Source: a virus (taxonomy: Duplodnaviria > Caudoviricetes). Taken from it: a DNA stretch of 62,011 nucleotides. The translations under genes and the position numbers were made by a program. The stretch lies in the IMG/VR virus record IMGVR_UViG_3300037484_001167, positions 1-62,011 of that record; one strand, 5' to 3'. Positions 36,793-47,224 of this stretch are shown one piece after another. The notes under the pieces are model-generated. The model did no database searches. It worked only from the letters and a program-made list of their open reading frames with translations, and had not been told where the DNA came from. Each line of letters starts with the position of its first letter. The first letter of the stretch is position 1.

Positions 36793-38457
36793 TTACGCCG
36801 TCTTCGCCTTCGCCTCCGCCGCCGCCTTGATCCGATCGTTCCACGTCGGGACGTTCGGGATGGTCGTGTCCTCGCCGCTGGCCGCCCTCGGCGTCCTCGG
36901 CGTGTAGTCGGGCTTCGTCGACGTCGCCCCGACCAGCTTCTCGATCTTCTCGAGCTGCTCGACGCTCATCGCCTTGAGCTCGTCCTCGGTGTACGACGCC
37001 TTCGCCGCGTCCTTGAGCTTCGTGATCAGCTTCGTCTTCTCGGCCGCGGCCCGCGCCTCGGCCTCGTCGACGATGCGCTTGATCCTGGGGAAGGCGGCCA
37101 AAGCCTTCTCCTCGGTGAGGGGCTCGTCCTTCTTCGCGGTGGCATCCGCTTCCGCCTTCGCGTCAGCCTCGGCCTTGGCCTCGGCCTTGGCCTTCACGTC
37201 CGCGTCGGCCTTGGCCTTCTCCGCCTCCGTCTGGGCGGCGATGCTGTCCTCGAGGTGCTTCAGCAGCGTCTCGTCCGACTTCTCCAGCACCTCGGCCTGC
37301 GCCGCGGTGAAGCAGGTCTTGCCGGAGGCGATGATCGCCGCGGCCCGTTCCTTCTTCGTCATGTCCGTCTCCTTCCCTGCGGGTGCGTTGCTCTTCGCGG
37401 CCCGCGCGCCGCACCCGCAGTCTTGGGCGCTCGCGGCCGTGATCGGTTCGAACTTCGTGACCTGGCGGACCTCCTCGACCTCGCCGCCCAGCGTGACCTT
37501 GCCTTCGGTCAGCATGAACGGACGCCGGAAGAACCGCGTTTCTCCCTCGGGCGCCACCGCGTAGACGACGAGGCTCGCCTCCGAGAACACTTCCACGACG
37601 CCGAGAAACCCGGGCTCCTCCGCGAAGAGCGCCTGCTCGAGGAGACCTCGCACCTGCGAATCGCCCTGCTCCTCGTCCTGCGCCAGTCGGAGCCGCGCGA
37701 GCAGCGCGGCGAACTTCTCCTTGAGCGTCATCAGCCAGTCCTCCTTCTCCGCGGCTGCGCGAGGCGCGCCGCATCCCATGTCTATGCTGCACGCGCCTAC
37801 GACGCCTTCGGGTAGCAGCGCGAGGTGGTCAGGAACTACCTCACGCCACACCGCTGCGTATCGCTGCCCGTTCACCGCGCCCGACTTCGCCTCGGAGTCG
37901 ACGAAGACGCCGACCGAGACCTCGACGGTGTCGTTCGCCTCGAGCCGCTCGAGCATGTGCACGGCCTTGTCACCGACGGTCGTAACACGCTCGGGATCGA
38001 GCCACGCCTCGAGCTTGAGCTTCTTGTCTTCGAGCCGCGCGTTGAAGACCCAGCCGATGCGTTCCGCAGCCCACACAGCGGGCTGGTTGGCCGAGGTCTT
38101 TTCCCCGTTGACCTCGGGGTGGTTGAGCATGACCGGGCGTCCGTTCCATCCTGCGACGACCTTGCCGAATTCCTCCGCGAGAACGAGCTCAGCCGTCGCG
38201 CTGTTCGACGCGTGAATGACGCCTTCGACGAGGGCGACGACGGGAACGACGATGTGCTCGCGACCTTCGAGCTGCTTGCGCTGGAGCGCTCCGTCGATCT
38301 GACCTCGGGCTTGACGTTGCTGTCGCATGATCGCACGCTCCTGCGCCTCAGCCTGCCCACGCGTATCGTGGCAACCGAGTCGACGCGAGCCGTCCTTCGT
38401 GAACAGGCACCAGCGATCGTCGACCTTTCGGATCATGATCAGAAGCCCCTCATGCAT
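36793..38457 (-). CDS. Prohead protease (DUF2213-like)/scaffold fusion
   Basis: PVMLNHP, EVSVG, PDHLALLP...GACS..MGCG; Ala/Glu/Lys-rich C-terminal scaffold. Confidence 0.8.
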   Translation of the reverse strand: MHEGLLIMIRKVDDRWCLFTKDGSRRLGCHDTRGQAEAQERAIMRQQRQARGQIDGALQRKQLEGREHIVVPVVALVEGVIHASNSATAELVLAEEFGKVVAGWNGRPVMLNHPEVNGEKTSANQPAVWAAERIGWVFNARLEDKKLKLEAWLDPERVTTVGDKAVHMLERLEANDTVEVSVGVFVDSEAKSGAVNGQRYAAVWREVVPDHLALLPEGVVGACSIDMGCGAPRAAAEKEDWLMTLKEKFAALLARLRLAQDEEQGDSQVRGLLEQALFAEEPGFLGVVEVFSEASLVVYAVAPEGETRFFRRPFMLTEGKVTLGGEVEEVRQVTKFEPITAASAQDCGCGARAAKSNAPAGKETDMTKKERAAAIIASGKTCFTAAQAEVLEKSDETLLKHLEDSIAAQTEAEKAKADADVKAKAEAKAEADAKAEADATAKKDEPLTEEKALAAFPRIKRIVDEAEARAAAEKTKLITKLKDAAKASYTEDELKAMSVEQLEKIEKLVGATSTKPDYTPRTPRAASGEDTTIPNVPTWNDRIKAAAEAKAKTA

Positions 38458-38460
38458 CTC

Positions 38461-39831
38461 CTAGAACGGGTAGAACTTGCCGGCGCCCGCGGCGAACAGC
38501 TCCGCGATCTCGTCTGAGGTCAGCTTGCGGTTCCACACCAACGGCGCGTCGACCTGCCCGGTCCACCCGCTGCCCTGCCTGTAGCCGACCCAGAACACCG
38601 ATGGAACCGGGATCGCGTAGGTCAGGTCAGCACTCCAGACTCCGCTGTTCTGCGCGGAGCCGAGCGCCATGATGCGCGTCTTCGTCGTGGAGGCGGTGTA
38701 CTCCATCAGGTAGAGCACCCAGTCTCCGATGTTGTTGCCGATATCGACCGGGGTAGAGCCTCCATCCTTCCACTGGAAAAGGCGGTGCCATGGGCCATTC
38801 TCTGTCTCGACCATGATGCCGACCTGATCGCCGTAGTTCCCAAAGCCGAACAGTCTCATCCCGGCGTCGACAATAGTGGCCCTCGCCCAGCACGCCACGG
38901 TGAAGTCGCCCGACACGTCCACGACGGCGCCGGCATACTCCAAGCTCTCGACGTTCGCCGACACGAAGCTCGCCGCCGCGTTGTGCATCGCACCAGCGGT
39001 GGCAGTCTCGGAGCCTACTGTGTTGTTATCGGTGAGGTCGTTGGCCCCGTGGGAGTCCACTCGGGTACCGCTAGCTTCATCCAGATTCCAGTAACTTACC
39101 AGCCCGACCTTCTCGGCTGCGGTGAGGTCGGCGTAAGACTTACCGTTGCCGGAGTTGTAGATCCCGTTTCGCTCGGCCTGATCACGAACACGTGACCAGA
39201 ACCCAGCTTCACTCACTAACCCCGTTAGGTCGACCAGGCCGGGCATGCTTCCACCCACCCTGAAGGCCGTGCTCGCGGTGTAGCCGTTCACGGACACGCC
39301 GGTCTGCATGGTCCCGTTGTCCACCGAGATGCCGGCCGTGTTCGTCGCGTGGACCCACTCGATGTAGACGTGGTGCCAGACATTCGGAGTACAAGCAACG
39401 TTGACAATGACAAGGCTTCCGCCGTTGAAGAGGAGGTAAAAGTCTAAGGTTCCGTTGCTGCGGGAGAAGACGCCGAACCCCGTATTTTGGTTGTACGTCC
39501 CGATGATCGCCGCGTAGTCCTGCCCGGTGTGCTTGACCCAGAACTCACCGGACCAATCCGCTCCGGCCTGGGCAAAGTCATTGACGACGGCGCTCAGGTA
39601 TTCCGCGTTGGCGTTGACGAAGCTTGCCACCGTCCCACCCGGCCCATGCGGCGACACACTCACCGTATTGTTGTCAGTGAGGTCGTTCGTGCCTACGCTG
39701 TCGGCCCGCGTCCCGCTCGTCTCGTCGAGCGTCCACGCGGAGACGAGCCCGTTGAGGAGCGTGGAGCCGGCTGCTCCGCCGTACTTCCGACCGAGCGGGC
39801 CGAGCGCGCTGAAGAGGCACCCGAGCATCAC
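38461..39831 (-). CDS. LamG-like tandem domain virion protein
   Basis: Duplicated LVS.W.LDE.SGTR.DS.G.NDLTDNNTV modules. Confidence 0.75.
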   Translation of the reverse strand: MMLGCLFSALGPLGRKYGGAAGSTLLNGLVSAWTLDETSGTRADSVGTNDLTDNNTVSVSPHGPGGTVASFVNANAEYLSAVVNDFAQAGADWSGEFWVKHTGQDYAAIIGTYNQNTGFGVFSRSNGTLDFYLLFNGGSLVIVNVACTPNVWHHVYIEWVHATNTAGISVDNGTMQTGVSVNGYTASTAFRVGGSMPGLVDLTGLVSEAGFWSRVRDQAERNGIYNSGNGKSYADLTAAEKVGLVSYWNLDEASGTRVDSHGANDLTDNNTVGSETATAGAMHNAAASFVSANVESLEYAGAVVDVSGDFTVACWARATIVDAGMRLFGFGNYGDQVGIMVETENGPWHRLFQWKDGGSTPVDIGNNIGDWVLYLMEYTASTTKTRIMALGSAQNSGVWSADLTYAIPVPSVFWVGYRQGSGWTGQVDAPLVWNRKLTSDEIAELFAAGAGKFYPF

Positions 39832-40769
39832 TACCTCGTCTGGTCCTCGACGACCGTCACGTTCCCTGCGATCAACGTGACGATCTTCCCGTCTATCGTA
39901 GCCTGAACGTCGAACTTCCCTGAGCGCAGCCCGGGGTTGAGACGCGCGGTCTTCGATGCTGGAAGGTCGAAGGTGATCGACTGCGGTGCAGCTCCCACGA
40001 CGCGCGATAGCGCGGTGTCGTCGTGAGAGAAGAGGAGCGCGTCATCCTGAAGACCTCCGAGGGCCACGCGTGCGCTACGCCGAACGCTCATCCGGATCAC
40101 GGTCGCTGCCGTTAGGTCGGGCCAGTCCGAAGAGCTGAAGACGATGCTCCGGCCGACCTCCGTCGCGTAGTCGTCGCCGCGCACCAAGACAAGCATCGCG
40201 CCGTCCGCCGAAACTGCCTGGACCACGCTGACCTGCCCCGTCCCGATTTTACCAAGCGCGTAACCCGCGGTCCCCGCCGCGTAAGCGCCCGGCACCACGT
40301 TCAACAGAGGGTCTGCCGCGGCTCCGGCCGTAGAGAGCGTAGCACCGGCGGATCCAGCTCCGGCGTGGCCCAATAGAAGCTCGTCCCAGACCTGGTCGGC
40401 GACTGCACCGACGGTGGGAGGCTCGCTGCGCTGGATCAGGCCCGCGGTTCGAGCAGCGATGGACGCGTCGAGGTTCTCGACGCCGGCGCGACCGACGATC
40501 CACAGCGACGGGAGGTGCTGTGCGTCCACGTCACCGTCCGCCGTCTTGAAGATCGCGGTGTATTCACCCTCGGTCGTCACGCTACCGAAGGCAAGCACGT
40601 ACGAGTAGAGTCCACCGCCAACCTCGACCGCCGACCCATCGATCACGATCTGCGCACCGGCGGGATTGTAAACGTCGACCGTCACGTCGAGCAGGCCAGC
40701 CTTGCCGACCTTCGACGCCACGAAGAACGCGAAGAACTTGACTGAGTTACCGACCTGTTCCCAGCTCAT
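39831..40769 (-). CDS. Virion structural protein (BppU-like C-terminus)
   Basis: ADQVWDE, LVRGDDY, FDVQATIDG..VTL..G.VTV..D.TR. Confidence 0.6.
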   Translation of the reverse strand: MSWEQVGNSVKFFAFFVASKVGKAGLLDVTVDVYNPAGAQIVIDGSAVEVGGGLYSYVLAFGSVTTEGEYTAIFKTADGDVDAQHLPSLWIVGRAGVENLDASIAARTAGLIQRSEPPTVGAVADQVWDELLLGHAGAGSAGATLSTAGAAADPLLNVVPGAYAAGTAGYALGKIGTGQVSVVQAVSADGAMLVLVRGDDYATEVGRSIVFSSSDWPDLTAATVIRMSVRRSARVALGGLQDDALLFSHDDTALSRVVGAAPQSITFDLPASKTARLNPGLRSGKFDVQATIDGKIVTLIAGNVTVVEDQTR

Positions 40770-40793
40770 CGAGCTACCTCGTGCGCTCGCATC

Positions 40794-42365
40794 TCAGAAG
40801 CCTCCCGGGTTCGGGATCGGGCCGATGTTCGGCCAGACCGGAAACGAGAAGAGGGGCGACTGCTTCGCGGTAGACCCGACGAGATCGCGCACGATCCACT
40901 CGGCGATGCGTCGGACGCCCGTCTTGCGCCGCTGGAGAAGCGCCGTCGAGGCCAACGCGTGCTTCCTCGAGACGTCTTCGACCAGCGTACGCGCCGCGTC
41001 CGCGACCTCCTCGTCGGTCAAGGTCGCCAGGTTCCCCAGGTACTCGAGCCCCTGGAACCCGTGCACGAGGACCGTGAGCATGTTCGTGTGCTCCGCGGGC
41101 GTGTTCGCCACGACGATGGCCGGGATCCCCAGCGCGCTCGCCGTGATCGCGGGAACCCCAGGCGAGCACATCGCTACGTCCGCCGTCGCCAGCTCCCGCC
41201 AGAAGTCGAAGGGCGAGAAACCGACGACGCTCGAGGTGTAAGGCGAGGGCTCGGGCTCGATCGCCACCGTGAACGCGACCCACGAAGTCGACGTGACCTT
41301 CGAGAACGGCCCGGGGTTCTCTGAGGCCGCGTCGAGGCGACGTACGGCCATCTCCGCTGCGCTTGCCGACGACAATGCGGCAACGTCCTCGTTGTAGCCC
41401 ACAGGGAAGCTCGTCACCGGCGAGGAGAAGGCTCCCGAGCACTCGTGCGCGGCAAGGGCAAGCCAGAGTCTGGGCAGCGACGCCCCCGGGTTGAACGCCG
41501 GTGGGTCAGGCGCCACTGAGGATCCAGTCGCCACTGCGGACACCAACGGAGGAGTTGCACCTCCTGCAATCCTGTAGGCAGCATGTCCCGACCGCATGCC
41601 GCTCGAGGTCGTCACCACGATGTCGCGCGTTTCCGTCCCATCCGCCACGCGCCAATACGCAACGCCTTTCACGTCGGTGCCGTTGTTGCCTTGGGCGAGG
41701 AGGTTCCAACCTGCAGGCAGCGTCACGACTGGATTCCCCGCGAACGACGACCACACGAACAGCGTCTCTCCGACCTGCGTTCCCTGCGGCAACGACACTA
41801 CGTGTGCAGTCAGGTTCGCATCGTAGGCCTCGCCGGACTTCACCGAGCCAGTCACTCGCGCCGCACGCTGACCTGAGGCCGAAGTCGCAAGTCCTGCCGC
41901 TCGCGCCAACGGGTCCGTTCCGAGGAAGACGACGACCTTTCTCGGGACGATGCTCCGGAACAGAGGCCCCAGCTCCTGTGGGAGTGGTGCCACGATGTCG
42001 ACGGAGACGTTCGGCAGGAACGAGAAGACGCCATCGTAGAACGCGAGGCCGTAGTCCTGGTCCCCTGGAAACCACGAGGCGAAGAGCGCCACGTCCACGA
42101 CGAGCGGGCGAGGAGGTGCGGGACGGGCCGGAAACGCTCCGAGCCCGAATGCTCGCAGCAGGACCTCCGCCTCGTCCACAGACGAGTCGTGAAGGCGGAC
42201 TCCATAATCCTGCAGCCAATGGATGCTGGTCTCCGAGAGCCCGTCCCGGTGCACGCCGGCCGACACCCCGAGGAACTCACAGGCCTTCGCGATTGCTCCG
42301 CAGTGGACGACGTTGTTCAGGTTCGCGACGTCGCTCGTCTGACAGAGAAGGGAGAGGTGGCTCAC
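40794..42365 (-). CDS. SpsG/PseG-like GT-B glycosyltransferase interrupted by a beta-rich virion-type domain
   Basis: C-terminal LATADVAMCSPG...ALGIPAIVV; central VSLPQGTQVG..TLPAGW...YWRVADGTE module. Confidence 0.5.
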   Translation of the reverse strand: MSHLSLLCQTSDVANLNNVVHCGAIAKACEFLGVSAGVHRDGLSETSIHWLQDYGVRLHDSSVDEAEVLLRAFGLGAFPARPAPPRPLVVDVALFASWFPGDQDYGLAFYDGVFSFLPNVSVDIVAPLPQELGPLFRSIVPRKVVVFLGTDPLARAAGLATSASGQRAARVTGSVKSGEAYDANLTAHVVSLPQGTQVGETLFVWSSFAGNPVVTLPAGWNLLAQGNNGTDVKGVAYWRVADGTETRDIVVTTSSGMRSGHAAYRIAGGATPPLVSAVATGSSVAPDPPAFNPGASLPRLWLALAAHECSGAFSSPVTSFPVGYNEDVAALSSASAAEMAVRRLDAASENPGPFSKVTSTSWVAFTVAIEPEPSPYTSSVVGFSPFDFWRELATADVAMCSPGVPAITASALGIPAIVVANTPAEHTNMLTVLVHGFQGLEYLGNLATLTDEEVADAARTLVEDVSRKHALASTALLQRRKTGVRRIAEWIVRDLVGSTAKQSPLFSFPVWPNIGPIPNPGGF

Positions 42366-42523
42366 TGAACCTGTACTCCTCGTGCGGACGCGACCATGAG
42401 CCACGCCTCGGCAAACGACGACCGATCGTCCGCCGACAGCTTCTCGGCCTTGTCGCGCAGCGCCTCGAACTCTGCGGTCGTAGACGCGCGTCCGAGCTCA
42501 CCCAGCAGGTCGCCCAGCGTCAC
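42362..42523 (-). CDS. Small hypothetical protein downstream of MuF
   Basis: GTG start overlapping MuF stop; 53 aa. Confidence 0.5.
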   Translation of the reverse strand: MTLGDLLGELGRASTTAEFEALRDKAEKLSADDRSSFAEAWLMVASARGVQVQ

Positions 42524-44271
42524 AGCACGATCCCCCAGTCCTGACGCAGCTCCCTGAGGATCTGCCGCCGCGTCATCGTTCCCCAGTTGCCGCGCGACAC
42601 GCGGTTGAGCCTCACGAGGTGCTGCGCGTCGTCGCCCAAGCGGTTGATGATCGTCTGAATCTCCTCGTGCGAGAACTTCTCGGTAAGCACCGTCGCCGCC
42701 TCGCGACGCGCGATCTCGTTGACCATCGTGAGCCGCTCGCGCGCCGACGCCCCGTAAAACCGCTCGATGTCGAGGCCGCGCTGCTCGAGGAACCGTAGCC
42801 TCGCTACCTCGTCTACGTAGCTGCGGCTCGCGCCCATCACCCAGTCCGGAACGCCACCAGACCGGAACATGAGCTCGGTGGCCGCAGCCCGCGCGCGGTG
42901 CTCCGCGACGGCTTCCTCCCAGTACATGTACCAGTCCGGCAGCCTTTCGCCCCGAGCCAGCGCCTGCATGACGGCCGAGCGCGCGTGCATGGACTCGTGC
43001 GCCAGCGACCGCACCGCGTTCCACGAACTCGGCGTTCGCTCACCGAACATCGTCTCGACGAGCCCCTGCGCCACGCCCCGTTCCAGCCCGATGAACCGCG
43101 TGGCGGGATCGTAGAAGCCGTGGGCCCCGGCGCGTGCAGCCGCCGAACTCTGCAGGTCGATGACGACGCTCGGGTCGATACCGAGGCGGCCGCGCAGGTC
43201 CTGCACCAGATCGCCGATCTGGTTGTAGGCGGTCGGGTTGAAGCCCGCGAGGGGACTCGTAGGCACCGGCACTCGGCTCCTCACCGGTCCTCGGGCGAGC
43301 CCGAACGTGCACCGGCACAGTGCATGAGCGGGTGGCCCCTGAACTCCTACGGAGAAACTCTCTTCGAGACCGACGGTCTCTCCGTTGAGGCCTTCACAAA
43401 TCGGGCAGAGCCGATCGTCGGGCGTGACGATCCACTGCTTCCCCTCGTCTCCGCGGAGAAGACCTTGGTCTCTCGCCTGGAGCCAGAGCTGGCGTTGTCC
43501 TTCGTTCGACGCTGCGATTGTCTCCGTTCGAGCAACTGCAAGAGTCCGGAGGTTGAGCAGGCGCGACGCGTACTCCTCGCCTCGCCGAACGAGAAGATCC
43601 CATGACGCTCCGGCCTTCGGCATGCGTAGTGCAACGTCCCCCGCCCAGACCTTGCCTCCTGGGGATGCAAGCATACGCGCCCGCAGGTTGGTCACGGCCC
43701 TCGCCTGAACCTCTGTCAAGCCGATGTGCTGGCGAAGGAGCCGGGCGACTCCACTCACAGGAATCCCCTGCAGGTGGCTCTCTGCGATGATCGAGCGAAC
43801 TGCGGAGAGGACAGCGTCTCTCGTTGAAGCGGTGAGGCCGGTGATCAGCTCTCCAGCGCGTGTCTGAGCCCAGCGGACTGCGAGAGGGTTTGTCAGGTCG
43901 AGGCGGAAGCCGGAGAAGCGGCCACGCGCTGCAAACCGAATTCGGTCTTCGCGCCGGGCATTGCTCGCTGCAGCCTCTGCTCCTGCTGCGAGGGTCTCGA
44001 GGACGAGGGGAGGAACCCTTGCGGAGAGAAGGCTCGAAGCGATGCTCAAGGCGCTTCCAACGACGAACGCTGCATCAGCTTCTCGGCCTTCGGCGATCGC
44101 CTTCTCCAACGCAGGCATGTCCAGGGCGTCCCGCCCCTGCGCAGCCCACTCCTTGATCAAGCGCTTGTAAGCAACGATCTTCCGATCCGCTGCAGCGAGG
44201 ACACCCGCCCAAGGTTCTCCCCGTTCACGAGCGGTCTGAGCGTAGCGCACACGCGGAGCGAGGGCGATCAC
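42520..44271 (-). CDS. MuF/head morphogenesis protein with C-terminal HExxH extension
   Basis: ARTET, KQW..TPDDRLCPIC, PPAHALCRC; then LAHESMH...WEEAVAE. Confidence 0.8.
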   Translation of the reverse strand: MIALAPRVRYAQTARERGEPWAGVLAAADRKIVAYKRLIKEWAAQGRDALDMPALEKAIAEGREADAAFVVGSALSIASSLLSARVPPLVLETLAAGAEAAASNARREDRIRFAARGRFSGFRLDLTNPLAVRWAQTRAGELITGLTASTRDAVLSAVRSIIAESHLQGIPVSGVARLLRQHIGLTEVQARAVTNLRARMLASPGGKVWAGDVALRMPKAGASWDLLVRRGEEYASRLLNLRTLAVARTETIAASNEGQRQLWLQARDQGLLRGDEGKQWIVTPDDRLCPICEGLNGETVGLEESFSVGVQGPPAHALCRCTFGLARGPVRSRVPVPTSPLAGFNPTAYNQIGDLVQDLRGRLGIDPSVVIDLQSSAAARAGAHGFYDPATRFIGLERGVAQGLVETMFGERTPSSWNAVRSLAHESMHARSAVMQALARGERLPDWYMYWEEAVAEHRARAAATELMFRSGGVPDWVMGASRSYVDEVARLRFLEQRGLDIERFYGASARERLTMVNEIARREAATVLTEKFSHEEIQTIINRLGDDAQHLVRLNRVSRGNWGTMTRRQILRELRQDWGIVL

Positions 44272-45668
44272 GGCGTCGTCGGTCCTCCGTCCGTAGGCAC
44301 CTCGAGCTTCGGGAGGAGAAGAATCCGGTCCCGAATCTCCTCGGGCTGGACGACAACGCCTCCGGCTTGCCCGTTCAGCTTGCTCCACTTGTCTGCGATC
44401 TCTGCACGCTCCGTCTCTGTCAAGTCGTCGATGTCCGGCCAACGCACCTCATATTGCTCGGGCTCGGGGAGCGCTCCGTGTACCACGCACCGATCGACGA
44501 ACGTCCGAACGATAGGATCCCCGAACTCGTCGCGACGGTCGCGGACACGCTCGTTCCAATTCTCCTTGTCTTCGGTCGATGCAAGTTCTCCTCGCTCCGA
44601 GCCTAGGAGAATGCGTTGGGGAATCCCCGTCGATCCGCTGATCAGCGAGATGATCGCCCCGACTTGCTTCTCGAAGTTCGAGGTGTCCGCCCCCATCATG
44701 GTCGTGTCGATGCCACGCGCGGCGAGGTACCTCCGCATGCCGTGCATGTATTCGTCGACCTGCTCCTTGAACTTCTTGATCTCGTCTTCTCCGACCTTGA
44801 GCTCGGGGTTGATAGAGAAGACGGTCCCTGGGTGTACCCGCATCCAGAAAGCTTCGCTCCCACTCCCGACAACCTTGTCGAGGTCGTCGAGGCGGTTCCA
44901 GACCCGACCGAGGAGAGGACGACCGGTCACGTCGTCGTCGAGGAGGTTCTGAGCAACGTGGAGGACTCGCGTCCAGTGGACGACGGTGTTGAGGGTCCGT
45001 CGGGTCGACGTCGTCGAAGTACGACGAAGTCGATACATCAACGGGAGTCCGTACCTTGGATTCTCCGAACTCTCCTCGTAGCGGTCGATGGAGACTTCGT
45101 CGGGGCCGTACGGCGCGAGGTAGAGGATCCCTTCCGGCCCCCCAAGCGTAGGAAGCTCGGAGTCGAGGGCTCCAACCGCCCCGATCAGGAGCACGGAGAA
45201 GTCGCCGAGACCCGCAAGGATGTCCACGCGGCTGAACGCAGACCACACGGAAAGGCGCTTTGCCAGAGCTCTCCACGCCTCTTCGAAGTCGGTGGGAATG
45301 TCTGGATCCGGGTCTTCGACGAGCTCTGCTCCACCCCGCCACGTTGCCTTCGGGTACGCCTCGACGACACGAGCCGCGATGTCTCCACGTTCGTAGCGCT
45401 CGCGGTAGTCCTTCGGGGTGAGCGTGCGCGGATACCCGAGCGCCGCGTATAGATCCCGCTTCCCTCCGAAGGTCAGGCCCGCGGCACTCGCGAGCGAGGC
45501 TCGAGCAAGGAGCTCGGAGGCTGCTCGGAACGGGAGGATGCCGGCGGCCTCGCTGTGCGCTTCACCGTTGCCCTTGCGTGGAGCCTCGACCGCTGCTCGA
45601 AGCGCAGGAGGTAGAGGAGTCTGCGGGGCCTCCAGCCAAGAACGAAGTTCCTTCGAGTTCAAGACCAC
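44268..45668 (-). CDS. Portal protein (DUF1073-like)
   Basis: YERGDIAARVVE, VHWTRV.H, GIPQRILLGSERGELAS; follows terminase. Confidence 0.85.
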   Translation of the reverse strand: MVLNSKELRSWLEAPQTPLPPALRAAVEAPRKGNGEAHSEAAGILPFRAASELLARASLASAAGLTFGGKRDLYAALGYPRTLTPKDYRERYERGDIAARVVEAYPKATWRGGAELVEDPDPDIPTDFEEAWRALAKRLSVWSAFSRVDILAGLGDFSVLLIGAVGALDSELPTLGGPEGILYLAPYGPDEVSIDRYEESSENPRYGLPLMYRLRRTSTTSTRRTLNTVVHWTRVLHVAQNLLDDDVTGRPLLGRVWNRLDDLDKVVGSGSEAFWMRVHPGTVFSINPELKVGEDEIKKFKEQVDEYMHGMRRYLAARGIDTTMMGADTSNFEKQVGAIISLISGSTGIPQRILLGSERGELASTEDKENWNERVRDRRDEFGDPIVRTFVDRCVVHGALPEPEQYEVRWPDIDDLTETERAEIADKWSKLNGQAGGVVVQPEEIRDRILLLPKLEVPTDGGPTTP

Positions 45669-47224
45669 ACCTCGAACGCTGGAGCCGTCGTCTCCGCAGG
45701 CGGCTCGAGGAAGCTCATCATCAGGGCATCAGCGTCGTCAGGAGAGGCAACGCCCCTTGCCTTCATCTCTGCCTTCGACTCGATGATGATCTGCCCGCGA
45801 CTCGTACGCTTGTACTTCAGCGAGGCGAGCTGTGATGCAAGGTCGTCGTCTTCGGGGTCGAGGTCGATGTCGCCGGCGACGAAGCGCTCGCGGAGGTTCC
45901 AGTACGTCTCTGCACGAATGTTCGCGAAGGCCTTTGGATCGCGGGCTGCCCATGACGCGTTCACGCCGAGGACGGGCGAGCCCTGCTCTCGAGCTCGGTC
46001 GACCATTCCTCGCCCGATCCCGATGTAGTCGACCTTCGCAACACGGCTGTGCGTGACCTTCAGGTCGTGGAGGAGGTTCCCGCAGGAGACCATTGTATCG
46101 GGTTCGTTGTCTCGGCGGATGATCCTTGCAACGCTCCCGCGGCGGCGACAGACCGAGTTCCGGTCGCCTCCGGCTCCAACGTCGACTCCGAGTTCGTCGG
46201 GGCCCTTCGTGGGGAGTGAGCGCTCTTGCGCGGCGTGAATTGCCGACCACGGGATGAGGCCGTCGGAGGTACGGTCCGGGAACGCTCCCAGAACCTTCGC
46301 GATGTACATCGGGCTCCGCTCACCCCAGCTGCGCTTGCGTTCCGCGACCCAGGTAGGACCTACGAGGCCCTTCTGCAAGTACTCCGGAATGGGTTCTCCT
46401 GTGAAGTTCGGGGTGTCGAACGCGGAGATCCGCTCGACGTTCCAGTCGGAGCCGGGCTTGCAGATTTCGGCGAATTCGGACGAGGGGTCTTCTGGGTTGC
46501 CGATCGCAAGGAACCGGGAGTCCTCGTTCGAGATCAGGCCTTCTGCAGCCTGCCAAAGGCCCCGCGGCATCCACACGGCCTCGTCGAAGACAACGAGCAC
46601 GCGCTGCGCGTGGATCCCTTGGAAGGCTCCGGGGTCCATGTCGGCGGGCTTGCGGCCGAAGGCCACGAGTTCTTCTTTGCCCGAGCGAGGATTGAGCAGG
46701 TACCACTCGGTGAGGTTCGTGCGACCGGGGAGACCTGCGGAGCCTACGGCCCTGTTGATCTCCCGCCAGAGAATGGCCTTGACCTGAGGACCGGTCGGAG
46801 CACTGGTAACGACGAAGGCTTCGCCGGGAGGGGAGGTGTCTATGAACGCACAGATGGCGGTGGAGGCAATGAAGGACTTCCCGACGCCGTGACAGCTCTG
46901 GACGGCCGTCTTCCGGTGCTCTTGCACCGAGCGGAGAATCCGCTTCTGCGCACTCCAGAGGAACACGCGGAGACGTTCGTCGGCCCAGAGGAGCCAGTCG
47001 TTTGCGTAGCGACGGCGCTGCAGTTCTGTTTGGATTGCCACGAGTTCCGCTCGAGCATCGTCGAGAAGGAGCTGGCTTTGCCAGTCCGTGCTTCGCAGTT
47101 CGGCGTTGAGGAGCTCGGAGATCAGCTCTGCTGAGGGCTCGTCCTTCGGCGGAGGCGAAGGCGGAGGAAGCGAGGTTCCCCGCCCCTCCGAGATCCATGC
47201 AAGTACTTGCTCCGTAGAGCTCAC
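45659..47224 (-). CDS. terL: Terminase large subunit
   Basis: SCHGVGKS Walker A, VFDEA Walker B, IGNP, LGVDVG, SPDDADA nuclease motifs. Confidence 0.95.
   Translation of the reverse strand: MSSTEQVLAWISEGRGTSLPPPSPPPKDEPSAELISELLNAELRSTDWQSQLLLDDARAELVAIQTELQRRRYANDWLLWADERLRVFLWSAQKRILRSVQEHRKTAVQSCHGVGKSFIASTAICAFIDTSPPGEAFVVTSAPTGPQVKAILWREINRAVGSAGLPGRTNLTEWYLLNPRSGKEELVAFGRKPADMDPGAFQGIHAQRVLVVFDEAVWMPRGLWQAAEGLISNEDSRFLAIGNPEDPSSEFAEICKPGSDWNVERISAFDTPNFTGEPIPEYLQKGLVGPTWVAERKRSWGERSPMYIAKVLGAFPDRTSDGLIPWSAIHAAQERSLPTKGPDELGVDVGAGGDRNSVCRRRGSVARIIRRDNEPDTMVSCGNLLHDLKVTHSRVAKVDYIGIGRGMVDRAREQGSPVLGVNASWAARDPKAFANIRAETYWNLRERFVAGDIDLDPEDDDLASQLASLKYKRTSRGQIIIESKAEMKARGVASPDDADALMMSFLEPPAETTAPAFEVWS

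Noticed and set aside
34997-36907. Long + strand ORFs antisense to capsid and tape-measure genes (also 21029..22489)
   Set aside because: These are shadow ORFs caused by high GC3 codon bias on the coding strand and have no recognisable motifs.
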